A program made the translations under genes and the position numbers. From Escherichia coli (GTDB lineage: Bacteria; Pseudomonadota; Gammaproteobacteria; Enterobacterales; Enterobacteriaceae), in NCBI RefSeq assembly GCF_030384885.1, contig NZ_CP128613.1: DNA of 64,000 bases. One strand, 5' to 3'. This document shows positions 23,882 through 32,911 of this stretch, piece after piece (the first letter of the stretch is position 1; each line of letters opens with the position of its first letter). Under the pieces are notes generated by a model. The model saw only the letters and a list, made by a program, of their open reading frames with translations, ran no database searches and had not been told where the DNA came from.

Positions 23882-25083
23882 TACATTGCCTGGAACAGCG
23901 CGTCATCGAGCTGTGTGCTGGTGGCGATAACTTTGGTGTTGGCCTGATAGTTACGCTGGGCGGTCATCAGGTTAACCAGTTCGCTGGTGATATCGACGTT
24001 AGAGCTTTCGAGCACACCGGACGACAGCGTGCCGCAGGTGCCGGAGCCGGGAACGCCAATCAGTGGCGTGCCGGATTCCCCGGTTTGTACCCATGCGGTG
24101 CCGCTCACTGCCTCCAGGCCGTTTTCATTCGGGAAAGTCGCCAGCACCACTTGGCCCTGCAACATGCGCTCGCCGTTGCTGTAGGTGGCGTAAACTTTGC
24201 CATCGTCATCAACCTGCACACCGTTTTGCGTGGCGGAAGCGTAACCGTTGGCGGAGTTGGTGGTGACAGAAAATTCAGAACCGTATTGCGTACAGGTGGA
24301 GTAATCGACGGTCAAATCGATGGGCGCGGCGGCGTCGGTCTGAAACTCAATGGTCTGCGGCGTAGTTGGCGAGGTCAGTTTTCCGGTATTCGGGTCGAAG
24401 GTTAAGGTCGTCGCCGGAACACCAGTCTGCTGCTGACCGTCGAAGGTGTACTGCACTTCCCAGGTGTTATCGCTGGTTTTGGTGAAGTACTGGCATACCG
24501 AGTGTTCGTTACCTAATGAGTCATACACCGTGGTGGTGTAGCTGTCGGTGTACGAACTGCTGTTGGTCGGATCGAACGGCACGGTAGTGCGGTCGATAGC
24601 GTCGTCACTGGCATCGAAGTTGGCGGTAAAGGTCAGGCTGCTGCTGGCCTGCGCCGGGATATTGCCGGTTTTGATCTGGATATCCGTCACCGTACCGGTT
24701 TGCAAAGTGCCGCTGTCATCGACCGGATAGCCCTGCAAATAAGCGCCCGAGGCGTTAACGATATAGCCGTCTTTGTCCGTTTCAAACGATCCGGCGCGGG
24801 TATAAGAGATGTTGCCTGCGCTGTCGCACATCACAAAAAAGCCGTCGTCGTTAATCGCCAGATCCAGCGCATTACCGGTGGAGACCAGCGAACCGCCGCG
24901 CGAAATACTTTGCGCGGTGCCCGCCACGCTGACGCCCATTGCCTGGCTTCCGGCATACATGGCTGAAAACTGGGTAGTCATCGACTTATACCCCACCGTT
25001 CCGGCGTTAGCGATGTTGTTACTGATCCCGTCCAGCTGTTCGTTAACGGCATTCAGCCCCGTTGCGGCAATTTCATAACTCAT
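23881..25083 (-). CDS. lfgE: Flagellar hook protein (FlgE homologue), Flag-2
   Basis: 400 aa, MSYEIAATGLNAVNEQLDGISNNIANAGTVGYK... Confidence 0.9.
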   Translation of the reverse strand: MSYEIAATGLNAVNEQLDGISNNIANAGTVGYKSMTTQFSAMYAGSQAMGVSVAGTAQSISRGGSLVSTGNALDLAINDDGFFVMCDSAGNISYTRAGSFETDKDGYIVNASGAYLQGYPVDDSGTLQTGTVTDIQIKTGNIPAQASSSLTFTANFDASDDAIDRTTVPFDPTNSSSYTDSYTTTVYDSLGNEHSVCQYFTKTSDNTWEVQYTFDGQQQTGVPATTLTFDPNTGKLTSPTTPQTIEFQTDAAAPIDLTVDYSTCTQYGSEFSVTTNSANGYASATQNGVQVDDDGKVYATYSNGERMLQGQVVLATFPNENGLEAVSGTAWVQTGESGTPLIGVPGSGTCGTLSSGVLESSNVDITSELVNLMTAQRNYQANTKVIATSTQLDDALFQAM

Positions 25084-25106
25084 TGTTTCTTCCTGTTAAT
25101 TGATTC

Positions 25107-25820
25107 TTACGCCACATCACTGTCGGCATCGGGTACGCCAAACTGGCTAATCATGGTGAACGGCACTTCGCCCACACCTGCAACGTTGAGCACCGGAGAG
25201 CTGCCGTCGAGCGGGATACGTACATCCTCCACTTCGCCGGAGACTTCAATCGGTACCTCTTCTTCCCCGGTGTTGGTCACCACCGAAACGTCGTAATCAC
25301 CCGGCGGGATGCCGTAATCCGCCGGATTAATCGAGAAATCAACCTGGCCTGGTCCAACCGACGAACTCCCTTCCGGGATCAGCGAGACGGTGTAGTCATC
25401 GCCCGCGGCATCGGTAAAGTGGAGTTCGGCGGTGGTACAGGCGTCGTCCAGTGTGGCGCGACCGTTAATGGTCTGGTCACTCACCTGCAAGGCGGTGGTC
25501 TGCACCATAATGTCGTCGCCCACCAGGTTGCCGAGCGCCATCACCTGAATGTTGCTCATCAGCACCGCGTTGGTATTGGCCTGCACGCTCATCTCTTCCA
25601 TCATCGCCACCTGCGCCATCGACGAAAGCTGGTCGATATATTCGGTGGCATCGGTCGGGTCGGTCGGGTCCTGGTTTTGGATCTCGGCGACAAACAGCGT
25701 CAGGAAAGTATCGACGGGCGAGCTATCGCTGCTGCTTGTCGTGTCGCTGGCCGCCACGTTGTTGCTTTCCGCCGTGGCGGTCGGCTGCGGCGATTGCGCA
25801 TTCAGCGCCAGGGTATTCAT
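25107..25820 (-). CDS. lfgD: Flagellar hook capping/assembly protein (FlgD homologue), Flag-2
   Basis: 237 aa; synteny between flgC and flgE. Confidence 0.8.
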   Translation of the reverse strand: MNTLALNAQSPQPTATAESNNVAASDTTSSSDSSPVDTFLTLFVAEIQNQDPTDPTDATEYIDQLSSMAQVAMMEEMSVQANTNAVLMSNIQVMALGNLVGDDIMVQTTALQVSDQTINGRATLDDACTTAELHFTDAAGDDYTVSLIPEGSSSVGPGQVDFSINPADYGIPPGDYDVSVVTNTGEEEVPIEVSGEVEDVRIPLDGSSPVLNVAGVGEVPFTMISQFGVPDADSDVA

Positions 25821-26251
25821 CAGGCTTCTCCCAGTTTCAGCAGGCTTTGCTGCATACTTTTCACGTTGTTGAGCACATCGACATTGGTTTCAAAATCGCG
25901 CGAAGCCGACATCATGTCCGCCATCTGTTCCACCACGTTGACGTCGGGATACCAGACATCGCCGTTGGCATCCGCCAGCGGCGAATGCGGTTCATAGCGT
26001 TTCAGCGCCCCGCCGGTTTGCAGCACGTCCTGCACCTGCACGCTGGCGCCGTCAATGGCATGACGATGCGTTCCCGCCAGCAAACTGTGGTGATACACCG
26101 CGGCAAACACCGGGCTGCGTGCTTTATACGCCTGCGCCTCGCTGCTGGCGGGCGCATTGGCATTCGCCAGGTTACTGGCGACGGTATTCAGACGCAGCGT
26201 TTGCGCCGTCATCGCCGAGCCGGAAATCTGATAGATATCAGTAAATGACAT
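25820..26251 (-). CDS. lfgC: Flagellar rod protein (FlgC homologue), Flag-2
   Basis: 143 aa, MSFTDIYQISGSAMTAQTLRLNTVASNLANAN... Confidence 0.9.
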   Translation of the reverse strand: MSFTDIYQISGSAMTAQTLRLNTVASNLANANAPASSEAQAYKARSPVFAAVYHHSLLAGTHRHAIDGASVQVQDVLQTGGALKRYEPHSPLADANGDVWYPDVNVVEQMADMMSASRDFETNVDVLNNVKSMQQSLLKLGEA

Positions 26252-26253
26252 GC

Positions 26254-26619
26254 TTATTTCCCTTCAATGGCCTCTCTGATACCGCTGATTTGCAGATTCA
26301 GAAAGGTCAGACTGCTTTGATAATCCATACTATTTTGTGAAAACCGCGCCTGTTCGCTGTTCAGTTCCACGGTGTTACCATCTTCCGACGGCTGCATCGG
26401 CACGCGGTACTGCACATCCACCGCCGCGTTATTTGCCCGTTGCATCTCCCTGGCAAAATCAATATCTTTAGCCTTGAAATTTGGCGTATCGACATTCGCC
26501 AGATTCGCAGTCAGTAGCTCGGTCCTCTCAAGACGTAACTTCACTGCCTGCGGATGTACTCCCAATGCTTGCTGAAAACTGATCCCCATTTCTTGCGTCA
26601 CTCCCGCTTCAATCCGCAT
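26254..26619 (-). CDS. lfgB: Flagellar rod protein (FlgB homologue), Flag-2; true start may be the internal Met (about 26589)
   Basis: ...LRLERTELLTANLANVDTPNFKAKDIDF... Confidence 0.85.
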   Translation of the reverse strand: MRIEAGVTQEMGISFQQALGVHPQAVKLRLERTELLTANLANVDTPNFKAKDIDFAREMQRANNAAVDVQYRVPMQPSEDGNTVELNSEQARFSQNSMDYQSSLTFLNLQISGIREAIEGK

Positions 26620-26649
26620 ACGCTAAGCAATCGCTGTGCCAATTTTTAA

Positions 26650-27408
26650 GTGACTGATGAGAAAGGGTTTATGAGTTTTCAATTTTGCAGGCGGAAGTTG
26701 TATTTCCTCCTGGCGCTGGCCTTACCGGGCTACGCCGCCGTCCATCCCGTGCAACATAGCGCGCGGGAACAAGTCAACGCCCAGGTGCTGAATGCCGCGA
26801 GCCAGCAGATTGAATCGCTGGCGCAACAGCGGCAGTGGCATGACTATCGCTACACCTTTAAGGTCTACATTCCCTCGCAGATTGCGACCGCCGCGCCCTG
26901 CGCTACGGCCCCCGGCGTCACGCTGACTTCGCCTGCGGAAATCGCTCTCAACCGGATGAACTTCACCGTCAGTTGCCCGCAAAGCTGGCAGATGAACGTT
27001 GCGGTGCGCCCGGATGTTCTGGTGCCGGTGGTGATGGCGAAGTCACTGGTTGCCCGCGATACGCCGCTCACGGCAAATGATGTGGAGCTGAAGCCCTACA
27101 ACGTCAGCGCCCAGCGGCGGGATGTGCTGATGGATCTCAATGAAGCGATTGGTTTAAGCAGCAAACATGCCCTGCAACCAGGCAGGCCGCTTACCAAAGA
27201 AGAACTGGTTTCGCCAGTGCTGATCGAGCGCGATCAGCCGGTGATGATTGTTTACCAGAGCGCGGGGATCACCGCCTCGATGCCCGGCGTGGCGCTGAAA
27301 AATGGTCGCAAAGGGGAAATGGTGAAAGTACGTAACGCCAGCAGTCAGCGGGTCATTAGCGCAATAGTGGCGGAAAGCGGCGTGGTGACAACGGTAAGCG
27401 CGGAGTAA
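26650..27408 (+). CDS. lfgA: P-ring assembly chaperone (FlgA homologue), Flag-2
   Basis: 252 aa, signal peptide and C-terminal SAF-like domain; divergent from lfgB. Confidence 0.8.
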   Translation: MTDEKGFMSFQFCRRKLYFLLALALPGYAAVHPVQHSAREQVNAQVLNAASQQIESLAQQRQWHDYRYTFKVYIPSQIATAAPCATAPGVTLTSPAEIALNRMNFTVSCPQSWQMNVAVRPDVLVPVVMAKSLVARDTPLTANDVELKPYNVSAQRRDVLMDLNEAIGLSSKHALQPGRPLTKEELVSPVLIERDQPVMIVYQSAGITASMPGVALKNGRKGEMVKVRNASSQRVISAIVAESGVVTTVSAE

Positions 27409-27488
27409 TTTACGCAGGCGATTAAAGTTTTGCCGCCTGTTAACCGCTTTACCGGAGTAACACACCTTCAAACAGAGACGAGGTTGCG

Positions 27489-27764
27489 ATGAAAATCACC
27501 CCGACTATGCCAGGCAATCGCCCGACAGCCACAACGGCAGGCTCCAGCCAGCCGCGCAAAACTACGGCGACCACCACGACGCTCAGCGCCGACGACATTA
27601 CCCAGGCGGGATTGCAGTCTGCCCAGCAAACGCTGAACGACCAGCAAGAGAGCGATATCGACAGCGATAAAGTGGCGCAAATGCAGGCGATGCTGGCGTC
27701 CGGCAGCCTGCAAGTGGACACCGAACAGTTAGCCAGCGACATGCTGAGTTTTTTCCAGAACTAA
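27489..27764 (+). CDS. lfgM: Anti-sigma-28 factor (FlgM homologue), Flag-2
   Basis: 91 aa with C-terminal ...DSDKVAQMQAMLASGSLQVDTEQLASDMLSF. Confidence 0.8.
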   Translation: MKITPTMPGNRPTATTAGSSQPRKTTATTTTLSADDITQAGLQSAQQTLNDQQESDIDSDKVAQMQAMLASGSLQVDTEQLASDMLSFFQN

Positions 27765-27776
27765 GAGGCCGATGAA

Positions 27777-28205
27777 GTGAGTATCCGGTTACAACAGGTG
27801 AAGGCGTTGTTGCAGGGAATTCGTGACGACGACGCACTGTACGATTCCCTGCGCGAACTTCTCCAGCGTCAGCGGATCTGCATGATTCGCCGCGCCAGTG
27901 AAGAGTTGATGGCGGTAAACGACGAGATAACGCAGCACTATGAGCAGTTGCATGGGCATAGCCATCAGCGGCACAGCCTGCTGCAACTGCTGGGTGTCAG
28001 CGTAAATCGTGACGGTCTGGCGCAGGTGTTTGCCTGGCTTCCGGCGGTACAAAAAGCGGCAGCACAACAGTTGTGGCAACGCCTGGAGCAAAAAACGGAA
28101 CGCTGCAAAGCCTATAACGATAAAAACGGCGAGCTGTTGATTCGTCAGTATGAATTTATTCAGTCTTTTTTAGGCAGCGAAGCGGATTTTCTGTATCAGG
28201 AATAA
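27777..28205 (+). CDS. lfgN: FlgN-like export chaperone (GTG start), Flag-2
   Basis: 142 aa helical protein immediately after lfgM. Confidence 0.65.
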   Translation: MSIRLQQVKALLQGIRDDDALYDSLRELLQRQRICMIRRASEELMAVNDEITQHYEQLHGHSHQRHSLLQLLGVSVNRDGLAQVFAWLPAVQKAAAQQLWQRLEQKTERCKAYNDKNGELLIRQYEFIQSFLGSEADFLYQE

Positions 28206-28331
28206 CGCGAATACCTTCCCCATAGCGGAAACGGATTTTCCGCCTGATTTCCAATCCTTTGTTTTTGATGAAAAAAAATCCCGGCACGCTTATTGCACAT
28301 CCTGCACAGCATTAAAGACTGGAAGCCACCT

Positions 28332-29261
28332 ATGAGTTTTATTGAATGTTACGAACCGGAATATGTGCGCAATTTTATGGCGCAATATCCCGATTCGCCT
28401 TTATACGTCCGCAAGGTGTGGAAGAATGAGATTCGCCAGAGCCTGGCATTGACCGATATTGCCAGTTGCAAAGCAGTGCTCAACGATGCCAGGGCCTTTG
28501 AATTACAGCTTACCTATCGCCCTGTGGAAGAAAATGCCGCAGCACTCTCCGCGCGCGATGCGATAGTAAACCAGATAATTTTGAGCACCCTCACGCTCCC
28601 GGATTTAACCCCAGAGCTTTCACTGTATGCCGTCGGTATCCTGCTCTCCCGCGCCAATAAAATGCCGGGCAGAGACGGCGACACTCTTGCCCGGCTGACA
28701 ACGCTGCCGCAGGCGCTGGCCGATCACGCACAAAAAGGCACGCTACAGGCACAGTTCGCCCAGCTACCGCCCGTGCCACAGCTGGCGCGCCAACTGGTGA
28801 CACTGCTCGGCAGTTGTGCGTTTGACTGGTCGATTCTGCCAGAAAGCCCGCGCAAAGCCTCGCTACCGTTGCAGGTGACTTTGCTGACGCTGCACGACGC
28901 CAACAGCGAAGCCCTGTTACAGCATCAGCTTCAGACGCAGTGGCAAACCACCTGGCAACAGCATTTTGCCACCGCGCCGTGGATGATGCGTAACTGGCTG
29001 ATTTACCGCGTTTACCACGATGTGATTGGGCAGACTGACGGGGCGGATTATTGCCCGCTGGTGTGCGATTTTTACCTCATCCGCACGTTAATCAGTTTAT
29101 GGACGCTGGATGATTCACCGCTGCGGCAGGAGGATATTTTCGCCCTCTTCGCGGTGTTTGAACGCTGGCGAGTGAGTGAAAATGCGCTGTTAGTTCGCCA
29201 GCAAATTCAGTCGTTATGTGCCGCCGAGCCGCTGCTTTCAGCGTTTTCGCTGCTTACATGA
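28332..29261 (+). CDS. Hypothetical protein (about 310 aa) of unknown function embedded in Flag-2
   Basis: ORF 28293..29261; likely start MSFIECYEPEYVRNF; no recognisable motif by eye. Confidence 0.5.
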   Translation: MSFIECYEPEYVRNFMAQYPDSPLYVRKVWKNEIRQSLALTDIASCKAVLNDARAFELQLTYRPVEENAAALSARDAIVNQIILSTLTLPDLTPELSLYAVGILLSRANKMPGRDGDTLARLTTLPQALADHAQKGTLQAQFAQLPPVPQLARQLVTLLGSCAFDWSILPESPRKASLPLQVTLLTLHDANSEALLQHQLQTQWQTTWQQHFATAPWMMRNWLIYRVYHDVIGQTDGADYCPLVCDFYLIRTLISLWTLDDSPLRQEDIFALFAVFERWRVSENALLVRQQIQSLCAAEPLLSAFSLLT

Positions 29262-29280
29262 ATCGCTCTGTGCGCGCTGA

Positions 29281-29393
29281 TGCCCCTCACCCCGGCCCTC
29301 TCCCACAGGGAGAGGGAGAAAACCTGCGCCCAATTCAGCACCACGCTCGATCGGTCCCCTCGCCCCTTCGGGGAGAGGGTTAGGGTGAGGGGC
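29281..29393. repeat. GC-rich composite palindromic element (boxC/RSA-like), copy 2, inverted relative to copy 1
   Basis: CCCTCACCCCGGCCCTCTCCCACAGGGAGAGGGAG ... CCCCTCGCCCCTTCGGGGAGAGGGTTAGGGTGAGGGG. Confidence 0.7.
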
Positions 29394-29451
29394 AAAGCGC
29401 GCATAGCGCCTCCTAACCCATCACATTCACCCACTAACTCACCCAAACACC

Positions 29452-31923
29452 ATGCCAACACCAAGCATCATCAAAACACTCGCCACCCACCGCGAAAAAC
29501 CGTTCGTCAGCGTCGTCACGCCAACCTGGAACCGCGGCGCATTCCTCCCGTACCTGCTCTATATGTACCGCTATCAGAACTACCCGGCAGACCGCCGCGA
29601 ACTGATCATCCTCGACGACTCACCGCAAAGCCATCAACACATCATCGACCGCCTGACCAATGGCACACCGGAAGCCTTTAACATCCGCTACATCCATCAC
29701 CCGGAAAAACTGCCGCTGGGCAAAAAACGCAATATGCTCAACGAACTGGCGAGCGGCGAATATATCCTCTGCATGGATGACGACGACTACTACCCGGCAG
29801 ATAAAATCTCCTGGACCATCGCCATGATGCAAAAACACCGGGCGCTGATCTCTGGTTCCGACCAGATCCCCATCTGGTACAGCCATATCAACCGCATCTT
29901 TCAAAGCCGCAGCTTTGGCCCGCATAACATCCTCAACGGCACCTTTTGTTATCACCGTAACTACCTGAAAAAGCACCGTTACGATGACGATTGCAATTTA
30001 GGCGAAGAGAAAAGTTTCACCGACAATTTCAGCGTTAACCCGCTACAACTGCCCAGCGAACGCACCATTTTGTGTATCTCGCATAGCCACAACACCTTTG
30101 ATAAAGATTTTATTCTTGGGGCCAGCACGCCTGTAAATGCCGAACTGAGCGATATCGTCAGCGATCCGCTGCTACGCAATGCTTATCTGAGTCTGCATAA
30201 CGCCACGCATCACCAGGGGATCAACCATCAGGCGATCGATCAGATAGTTGTTGTGAATCTGGATAAACGCCCGGATCGTTTACGGCAGATCCGTGAAGAG
30301 CTGGCATTGCTGCATATTCCGCCTGAAAAAATTACCCGCCTTGCCGCCTGTGAAGATGAAAACGGTCAACGGGGCCGCCGCCTGTCGCACTTGCAGGCGC
30401 TACGCCTGGCGCAACAGCACAGCTGGCAAAATTACCTGCTGCTGGAAGATGACGCGGTTATTCTCAAGCAGGAGAAACATATTCAGGTACTGAACACGCT
30501 GCTGGCGAGCCTGGCGAAAATCCCCTGGCAGGTGATGATCCTTGGTGGCGAAATTTCGCAAGGAACAATGCTAAAAAGCCTGCCGGGGCTGGTGCACGCG
30601 CGGGACTGCCGCAAAGTGTGCGCTTATCTGGTGAACAGTCGTTACTACCCACAACTGGCGCAGCAGATGGGCAACGATGAGCACTCGCTGGAAGACGGCT
30701 GGCAGCCACTGCTACGCGCCGACAAATGGCTGGCCTGTTACCCGAGTATTTGTTACCAGCGACCGGGCTTTAGCGATATCGAGAAAAAAGCGACCGATAA
30801 CATCATTCACTATTTCAATAAGTTACCCATAGCCACAAAGCCATCCGCATTACCCATCGCCGACACCATCGGCTTTTTAATGGAAACCTCATTCCACTAC
30901 GCGCTCTATCGCCCAATCATCACCGCCCTACAGGCGCAGGGGCAAAGTTGCACACTGGTAATCAACGATCGCGTGTTTAAACCGTTTCTGGATGAAATGC
31001 TGGCGACGCTAAAAAGCATCGACGATCCGCAGCTTAAAGGTATGCGCTTGTCTGAAATGCAGGCACACGGTCAGCGGGTGAAATGCCTGGTCAGCCCCTA
31101 CCACACACCCGCGCTCAATGGCCTTTCACCCGTGAACATCCGCGCCATGTACGGCTTAGCCAAAGAAACGTGGAACCACGCCGACTGGAACCGTTTTTAT
31201 CAACGCATTTTGTGTTACAGCCACTACAGCCAGCAGGCGCTGGCGCACCTCAGCAGCGCGAAAGTGGTCGGCAACCCACGCTTCGACGCCTGGCATAACG
31301 GCACGTTTGACCGCGCCCTGCCGGAAAATATCCAACCCGATTCCCGTAAACCTACGGTGCTCTACGCCCCCACGTTTGGCGCATTAAGCTCCCTGCCCCA
31401 CTGGGCAGAAAAATTGGGGCGCTTGAGCGGTGATGTGAACCTGATTTGCAAACTGCACCACGGTACCTGCTCGCGCCCGGAAGAAGCCGCATCGCTAACC
31501 CAGGCACGCAGGCATTTAAAACAGTGCACCAACTCAGCCCAGCACACACTGGCGCAGCTGGCAAAGGCCGATTACGTGCTCACCGATAACAGCGGCTTTA
31601 TTTTCGATGCTATCCACGTTGATAAGCGAGTGATCCTGCTCGACTTTCCGGGTATGACGGAACTGCTCGACGGTGAGAAAAGTTACTCCACGGCGGAGAG
31701 CGCTGACCAGCGGATTCGCGAAATATTGCCGGTGGCTCATGATATGGCTGAGCTGCGTTACTTATTGTCAGAGGCGTTTGACTGGGGGGCGGTACAGGCG
31801 CGGCTTACGGAGATTCGCCATCACTATTGTGACGCGTTTATGGATGGCAAGGCGGGAGAACGGGCGGCGATGGTGGTTGTGGAGGCGCTGGCGGGCAAGG
31901 AACCGTCAGGAATATGTCGATAA
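29452..31923 (+). CDS. Large three-module glycosyltransferase: GT2-like N-terminus, GT25-like centre, CDP-glycerol glycerophosphotransferase-like C-terminus
   Basis: 823 aa; N-terminal SVVTPTWNRGAFL...ILDDSP (GT2-type), central QIVVVNLDKRPDRLRQI...LLLEDDAVI (GT25-type), C-terminal third with TagB/TagF-like flavour; domain calls by eye. Confidence 0.55.
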   Translation: MPTPSIIKTLATHREKPFVSVVTPTWNRGAFLPYLLYMYRYQNYPADRRELIILDDSPQSHQHIIDRLTNGTPEAFNIRYIHHPEKLPLGKKRNMLNELASGEYILCMDDDDYYPADKISWTIAMMQKHRALISGSDQIPIWYSHINRIFQSRSFGPHNILNGTFCYHRNYLKKHRYDDDCNLGEEKSFTDNFSVNPLQLPSERTILCISHSHNTFDKDFILGASTPVNAELSDIVSDPLLRNAYLSLHNATHHQGINHQAIDQIVVVNLDKRPDRLRQIREELALLHIPPEKITRLAACEDENGQRGRRLSHLQALRLAQQHSWQNYLLLEDDAVILKQEKHIQVLNTLLASLAKIPWQVMILGGEISQGTMLKSLPGLVHARDCRKVCAYLVNSRYYPQLAQQMGNDEHSLEDGWQPLLRADKWLACYPSICYQRPGFSDIEKKATDNIIHYFNKLPIATKPSALPIADTIGFLMETSFHYALYRPIITALQAQGQSCTLVINDRVFKPFLDEMLATLKSIDDPQLKGMRLSEMQAHGQRVKCLVSPYHTPALNGLSPVNIRAMYGLAKETWNHADWNRFYQRILCYSHYSQQALAHLSSAKVVGNPRFDAWHNGTFDRALPENIQPDSRKPTVLYAPTFGALSSLPHWAEKLGRLSGDVNLICKLHHGTCSRPEEAASLTQARRHLKQCTNSAQHTLAQLAKADYVLTDNSGFIFDAIHVDKRVILLDFPGMTELLDGEKSYSTAESADQRIREILPVAHDMAELRYLLSEAFDWGAVQARLTEIRHHYCDAFMDGKAGERAAMVVVEALAGKEPSGICR

Positions 31924-32067
31924 AATTCGATTTTTTAAACATGTCGTTGGAATACGTTTATGCCATCGACATGTTTTGGCGATATGTCGAAAAAACGCGA
32001 TTTTTTAAACATATTTAACATAGCCAAACGGCAGACGGCATCATCTTCTCTCACTGCGGGAATCAAA

Positions 32068-32469
32068 TCAGTAGGTGGCTGATTTACTCCGAATCACCTC
32101 AATTATCCCCGTCGTCGACACCGACGGCGTGCGCGGGAAATAGACCACCTCACAAATATACGCAAAGCTATCAAACTTCCCTGCCCAGTCATCGCCCATC
32201 ACCAAAGCATCCGCACTGTACCCCCGCAGATATTCCGCTTTCTGCGCCAGCGACTCCTCCAGAAATACGCCATCCACGCACGCCAGCCCGGCGATAATCG
32301 CCATGCGGTCATCCTGAGGGTAAACCGGTGCCCTGCCCTTTTTGGCGATATTTAAAGCATCAGAGGATACGCCGACCAGCAGCCGTTCGCCCAGCGTGCG
32401 GGCGCGTTGTAAAAGGCGCAGATGACCGACATGAAACACATCGAAGGTGCCGAAGGTGATGACCGTTTT
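32068..32469 (-). CDS. Cytidylyltransferase (glycerol-3-phosphate cytidylyltransferase TagD-like, HxGH nucleotidyltransferase)
   Basis: ORF 32068..32505; likely start MKTVITFGTFDVFHVGHLRLLQRAR...; start overlaps the lfiJ stop. Confidence 0.7.
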   Translation of the reverse strand, partial: KTVITFGTFDVFHVGHLRLLQRARTLGERLLVGVSSDALNIAKKGRAPVYPQDDRMAIIAGLACVDGVFLEESLAQKAEYLRGYSADALVMGDDWAGKFDSFAYICEVVYFPRTPSVSTTGIIEVIRSKSATY

Positions 32470-32474
32470 CATGG

Positions 32475-32909
32475 CTACTCCGCTAATTTTTGCCGCAGCC
32501 AGCACTGAACGGCGATGTCATCCACCGCTTTTTGCGCTTTCGCCGTGGCACTTTCTTGCTGCTCGCGGCGTTTGTCATCCAGCGTCAGGGTCACCACTTT
32601 TTCTTCGCATGCCGCCGCCGTCAGGTTTTTCTGCATTCGCGTAGCCTTGATGTTTGCCAGCGTTTTTTCCTGCTCCTGCCAGGCGATCACTTTGCGCAAG
32701 GTGCCTTTGTAGCCGCTGACGTTTTTCAGCGATTCCACCGACGCCGCCGCGCCCGCAGATGTTTTCTCCACCAGGTAGCCTAACGCTTTGATATTGTTGT
32801 CATAGCCCGCGCAAATCTGTTTTTGCTTTGCCAGCTCGACGGTTTTGTCTTTGACCGATTTATCCCGCAGGCGCTGCAATTGCGCGAGGGTGTCGATGAT
32901 TTGTCGCAT
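32475..32909 (-). CDS. lfiJ: Flagellar export chaperone (FliJ homologue), Flag-2
   Basis: 144 aa coiled-coil protein immediately after the FliI homologue. Confidence 0.7.
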   Translation of the reverse strand: MRQIIDTLAQLQRLRDKSVKDKTVELAKQKQICAGYDNNIKALGYLVEKTSAGAAASVESLKNVSGYKGTLRKVIAWQEQEKTLANIKATRMQKNLTAAACEEKVVTLTLDDKRREQQESATAKAQKAVDDIAVQCWLRQKLAE

Positions 32910-32911
32910 AG

